From: an uncultured Methanosarcinales archaeon | GTDB lineage: Archaea > Nanobdellota > Nanobdellia > Woesearchaeales > ARS49 | Reading direction: 5' to 3' | Assembly (NCBI GenBank): GCA_964358315.1 | Contig: CAYHOF010000003.1 | Location: forward strand, 3,337-67,336 | Length of the DNA: 64,000 bases | Shown here: positions 60,668-64,000 of the stretch, one piece after another | Layout of the letters: the number at the start of each line of letters is the position of its first letter | Position numbering within the stretch: position 1 is the first letter of the stretch | Program-made: the position numbers and the translations under genes | The notes under the pieces: generated by a model | Told to the model about the DNA's origin: nothing | Database searches by the model: none | The model's input: only the letters and a program-made list of their open reading frames with translations

Positions 60668-61939
60668 ATGAATGTCGTCATCATCGGGCTCGGCTACGTC
60701 GGCCTGCCGCTCGCGTGTTTGTGCGCGCGCAAAGGCCACAAGACGACGGGTCTTGACATCAACGAAGAGATCGTCGACAAGGTCAACCGCGGCGTCAGCC
60801 ACATCAAGGACGCCGCGCTCGAGCATGCGGTCGCCGGCGTCAAAGGCGTCCTCAAGGCAGACGTGAGTCCTGACGCCATCGCGACAGCGGACGTCATCGT
60901 CGTGTGCGTACCCACCCCTGTCGATGAACTGCACCATCCTGACCTCACGCCGGTGCGCAAGGCGTGCGAAGCGATCGCGCCGCACCTCAAGAAAGGCCAG
61001 CTCGTCGTCATCGAAAGCACGATCTATCCAGGCACGGTGGAAGAGATCTGCGTGCCGCTCCTCCAGAAGTCAGGCCTACGGGCAGGCACCGACTTCGGCG
61101 TCGCGCACTGTCCGGAACGCATCGATCCAGGCAACCAGAAATGGCACGTGGGCAACATACCGCGCGTGTGCGGCGGCATCGACGCGTCGAGCACCGAGCG
61201 CTGCGCGCAGTTCTACCGCAGCATCATCGACGCCGAGATCACGCCGCTCAAGTCCGTCAAGGCAGCGGAAGCCGTGAAGATCATGGAGAACACCTTCCGC
61301 GACGTCAACATCGCGTTCATGAACGAGATGGCGCGCAGCTTCGACAAGGCAGGCATCGACATCATCGAGGTCATCCGAGGCGCGAGCACGAAACCTTTCT
61401 CGTTCCTCGCGCACTATCCTGGCTGCGGCGTGGGCGGCCACTGCATCGCGGTCGACCCGTACTACCTCATCGAGAAGGCCAAGAGCTACGGCTTCGACCA
61501 CCAATTCCTCTCGCTCGCGCGCAAGATCAACAACGACATGCCGCTCTACACGGTCGACATGGTGAATGACGTGCTCAACAAGCTCGGCAAAAGCATCAAA
61601 GGCACGCGCATCGGGATCCTCGGCGTCACGTACAAGGGCAACGTCGACGACACGCGCGAGAGCCCGGCGTTCGAGATCATGCACTTGCTCAAGGAACGCG
61701 GCGCTCAGCTCGTCGTCTTCGACCCGCACGCGACCACGCATAACAGTGTCACGAGCCTCAACGAATGCATCGGCAAGAGCGAGATCATCGTGGTGTGCGC
61801 CAACCACCGCGAATTCCTGCAGATGAACTATGAACTCGCCGCCAAAGCAGGCATCAAAGCAGTCATCGACGGCCGCAACTTCCTCGACAAGGACGCCATT
61901 CTCAGAAACGGCATGCTCTACAAAGGCATCGGGCGCTGA
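60668..61939 (+). CDS. nucleotide-sugar dehydrogenase (UDP-glucose / UDP-ManNAc 6-dehydrogenase family)
   Basis: I start it at MNVVIIGLGYVGLPLA (Rossmann motif). Also present are the catalytic Cys region PGCGVGGHCIAVDP and a C-terminal UDP-binding domain (GVTYKGNVDDTRESPA). Confidence 0.9.
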   Translation: MNVVIIGLGYVGLPLACLCARKGHKTTGLDINEEIVDKVNRGVSHIKDAALEHAVAGVKGVLKADVSPDAIATADVIVVCVPTPVDELHHPDLTPVRKACEAIAPHLKKGQLVVIESTIYPGTVEEICVPLLQKSGLRAGTDFGVAHCPERIDPGNQKWHVGNIPRVCGGIDASSTERCAQFYRSIIDAEITPLKSVKAAEAVKIMENTFRDVNIAFMNEMARSFDKAGIDIIEVIRGASTKPFSFLAHYPGCGVGGHCIAVDPYYLIEKAKSYGFDHQFLSLARKINNDMPLYTVDMVNDVLNKLGKSIKGTRIGILGVTYKGNVDDTRESPAFEIMHLLKERGAQLVVFDPHATTHNSVTSLNECIGKSEIIVVCANHREFLQMNYELAAKAGIKAVIDGRNFLDKDAILRNGMLYKGIGR

Positions 61940-61959
61940 TTCTGCGGTAGTGAAGAAAG

Positions 61960-61967
61960 TTTATATT
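61960..61967 (+). promoter_or_regulatory. TATA box for the DUF192 gene (leaderless spacing)
   Basis: TTTATATT is centred 27 nt upstream of the ATG at 61990. It overlaps the TTG used as the start in the ORF track. Confidence 0.45.
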
Positions 61968-61989
61968 GTGCGACGAAGATGACATCATC

Positions 61990-62301
61990 ATGGATATCGT
62001 CATCGGACGCAACAAGCGCTGTCCTTGTGCCCGCGTCAACCCCTTCATCGGCCTCATGTTCCAGACGCCGCACCCCGTCATGTTCTCGTTCAAAACACCC
62101 AGGATCATCGCGCTCCACAACATGTTCGTGTTCGGCAGCACCGACGTCCTGTTCGTGCAGAAGAACAGGATCGTGGAGATCAAGAGAAACTTCAAGCCAT
62201 TCACGTTCTACACGCCAAAAAAACAAGCGACCCACGTCATCGAGCTGCCGGCGGGGATGGCAAAAAGCATCAACGTCGGCGACGCACTGCGACTGCGCTA
62301 A
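61990..62301 (+). CDS. DUF192 family protein
   Basis: A 103-aa protein with GLMFQ...MFSF...HNMFVFGSTDVLFV...ATHVIELPAG...GDAL, the pattern I associate with DUF192. Confidence 0.6.
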   Translation: MDIVIGRNKRCPCARVNPFIGLMFQTPHPVMFSFKTPRIIALHNMFVFGSTDVLFVQKNRIVEIKRNFKPFTFYTPKKQATHVIELPAGMAKSINVGDALRLR

Positions 62302-64000
62302 TCATTCCCATTCGGTCGTGCCAGGCGGCTTGCCGGTCATGTCATACAGCACGCGGGAAATGCCAGGCACGCGCAGGATGCCGCGCACCATCTCATCAAG
62401 ACATTCGTGCGGCATTTCTTTGCCAGGCCGCGCCGCCACACCCGTCATGAAGTCGTCTGTAATGAACGTGCGAATCGCGATTGTCCGTGCGCCCGGGGTT
62501 CCGAAAGGCAATGGCACCGATATGACAGGCACTTGACTGAGCGAACGCATCAACCCGTAGCGCTGAAGAAGCGTGTTGACGACGTCATCCGCCTGCCGCA
62601 ATTGGCCGATGGGTTCAGGCGTCAGATAGGTGGGTGTGATCGTGGTCACAGGACCGCGTTCTTCCTCACCGAACATGTGGACGACACGATTGACAGGGAA
62701 CCGTTTCGGCAGCTGCTTTGCGAGCTCGAAAAGCGCAGGCCAGTCGGAATGACCGCTGAGCGCGACGACATATTTGTACGACCTCTCGTCACCCTGCACG
62801 CCAACGGTCCTGACAGGAAGCAGCGCAGACGCCACGCCGTTGCCACAGTACCGTTGAAGACCATGATGCACATCGTGGAAGTCCGCAGTCATGTATGGCG
62901 TATCCGCACACAGAGTACGCACGGCAAGACCTGGGCCGGGAAAGGGTTGCCGCCACACAAAGTCATGTGAAAGACCGAGTGCCTCACCAAGCGCACGCAC
63001 TTCGTCTTTGTGAAGATCCTTGAGGGGTTCAAGGACGCGACCCTGCGCCCTCAATTCCCGTACGAGGGGAGTATCATTATGATGTGTTTTTATTTTGTTT
63101 GCCTTGCCGCTTGCGAGCGCAGATGCACTTTCGATAAGATCTGGACGTAACGTGCCTTGCGCCAGGTACAATCTCGATGTCTCAAGGTTGAGTCGTTGTT
63201 GCTCGCGATTGAAGACCTGGACGAATTCATTGCCTATGATAACTCTCTTATCCTCAGGGGCAATGGTTTCGCACAGACGCGCGGTCATTCTGCCATCGAC
63301 GACGGTACGACTATTGTAGAATTCTTGCGACGCGTCAACAGTATGCATCTGCAGACCTAACTCAGAGAGTGCCGCATGCACCTTTGCACTTTCACCGCTA
63401 CGCATGAAACCATTATTGACATGCAGTGCATGAATCCTGGATGGACCCAGTGTTTTGAGAAGTAGTGCCGCAAGTACGGTTGAATCCACACCGCCGCTAA
63501 GGAGAGCAAGTACCTTTTCGTCACCAACATAATCAAGGATTTGACGTTCTGCTGTGGTTCGTCGATCTTCTATTGTGTACGTCCCCTTGCAGCCAGCGAT
63601 TTCGTACAAGAAATTTCGCAACATTTGCGTACCATGTTCTGTGCGGCCGACTTCGGGATGGAATTGGACGCCATAGAGCGCACGGTCTTTATTGACGATA
63701 GCAGCGATGCAGCCATCTGACCGAGCGACTGTATCAAAGCCTTGCGCGACGCGCGTCACCGCATCGCCGTGCGTCAGCAATACCTGTTGCTCGAGGTCGA
63801 GATTCTTGAATAAAGGAACACCGGGCTTGATGGTGATGCATTCTGTGCTGTCCTCACGGACGTCGGTTTTGACAACCGCACCGCCAAACATGTAATTCAT
63901 CAATTGCATGCCATAACAGATGCCAAGGACAGGTATGCCAAGATCGAAGACGGCACGATCGCATCGTGGTGCTTTCGGATCATACACACTCTCCGGACCA
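62302..64000 (-). CDS. guaA: GMP synthase (glutamine-hydrolysing), fused GATase + ATP-pyrophosphatase form; N-terminus beyond window edge
   Basis: The frame is open to the window edge (GPESVYD...). GATase Cys box GICYGMQLM, PP-loop LLSGGVDSTV, and the C-terminal dimerisation domain ending KPPGTTEWE. Confidence 0.9.
   Translation of the reverse strand, partial: GPESVYDPKAPRCDRAVFDLGIPVLGICYGMQLMNYMFGGAVVKTDVREDSTECITIKPGVPLFKNLDLEQQVLLTHGDAVTRVAQGFDTVARSDGCIAAIVNKDRALYGVQFHPEVGRTEHGTQMLRNFLYEIAGCKGTYTIEDRRTTAERQILDYVGDEKVLALLSGGVDSTVLAALLLKTLGPSRIHALHVNNGFMRSGESAKVHAALSELGLQMHTVDASQEFYNSRTVVDGRMTARLCETIAPEDKRVIIGNEFVQVFNREQQRLNLETSRLYLAQGTLRPDLIESASALASGKANKIKTHHNDTPLVRELRAQGRVLEPLKDLHKDEVRALGEALGLSHDFVWRQPFPGPGLAVRTLCADTPYMTADFHDVHHGLQRYCGNGVASALLPVRTVGVQGDERSYKYVVALSGHSDWPALFELAKQLPKRFPVNRVVHMFGEEERGPVTTITPTYLTPEPIGQLRQADDVVNTLLQRYGLMRSLSQVPVISVPLPFGTPGARTIAIRTFITDDFMTGVAARPGKEMPHECLDEMVRGILRVPGISRVLYDMTGKPPGTTEWE

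Noticed and set aside
1-64000. A CRISPR array or cas genes.
   Set aside because: I found no regularly spaced direct repeats of 25-40 nt anywhere. The only tandem repeats are in-frame coding repeats (4260-4865, 35254-35673, and the acidic tail at 7300-7420). The RecB-like nuclease at 53217 has no cas neighbours.

Overview
This is a 64-kb, gene-dense, GC-rich segment that I read as archaeal chromosome. The evidence is aEF-1beta, TFS, Trm1, NucS, a Sec11-type signal peptidase, class III signal-peptide pilins, and TATA boxes about 24-28 nt upstream of many start codons, which implies leaderless mRNAs. I call about 68 protein-coding genes. I could not recognise any rRNA, tRNA or CRISPR array by eye.

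Layout:
- 1-20.5 kb: information-processing genes (XPD, Trm1, aEF-1beta, RtcA, signal peptidase, TFS, NucS) and a dcd-thyX-glyA-tmk thymidylate operon.
- 20.6-30.5 kb: two membrane-anchored Cys-rich repeat proteins, a ChlI/MoxR-type AAA+ ATPase plus vWA pair, a UbiB/ABC1 kinase, topoisomerase IA, and a secreted Lon-protease-domain protein.
- 30.5-40.1 kb: a visibly AT-richer accessory island. It holds an AAA ATPase, a cluster of hairpins, two small paralogous proteins, a 1,422-aa tail-fibre-like secreted giant protein, and two tail-to-tail wHTH-nucleotidyltransferase/HEPN modules.
- 40.1-51 kb: an Epd/Tad-like archaeal type IV pilus locus split into two divergent operons.
- 51-64 kb: a candidate S-layer glycoprotein, a cluster of RecB-like nuclease, JAB, Nudix, 2OG-oxygenase, Nudix and PolX, a nucleotide-sugar dehydrogenase, and a fused GMP synthase cut by the window edge.

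The best candidates for something undescribed are the giant fibre-like protein with its accessory genes in the low-GC island, and the adjacent atypical pilus locus (a Cys-rich Ca-binding secreted protein, three large pilin-like proteins, and an 827-aa wHTH repeat protein).

All functional calls come from motif recognition by eye on the supplied translations and sequence. No database search, structure prediction or RNA folding was run. Several start codons were moved relative to the ORF track, using TATA spacing, RBS-like sequences and signal-peptide logic.
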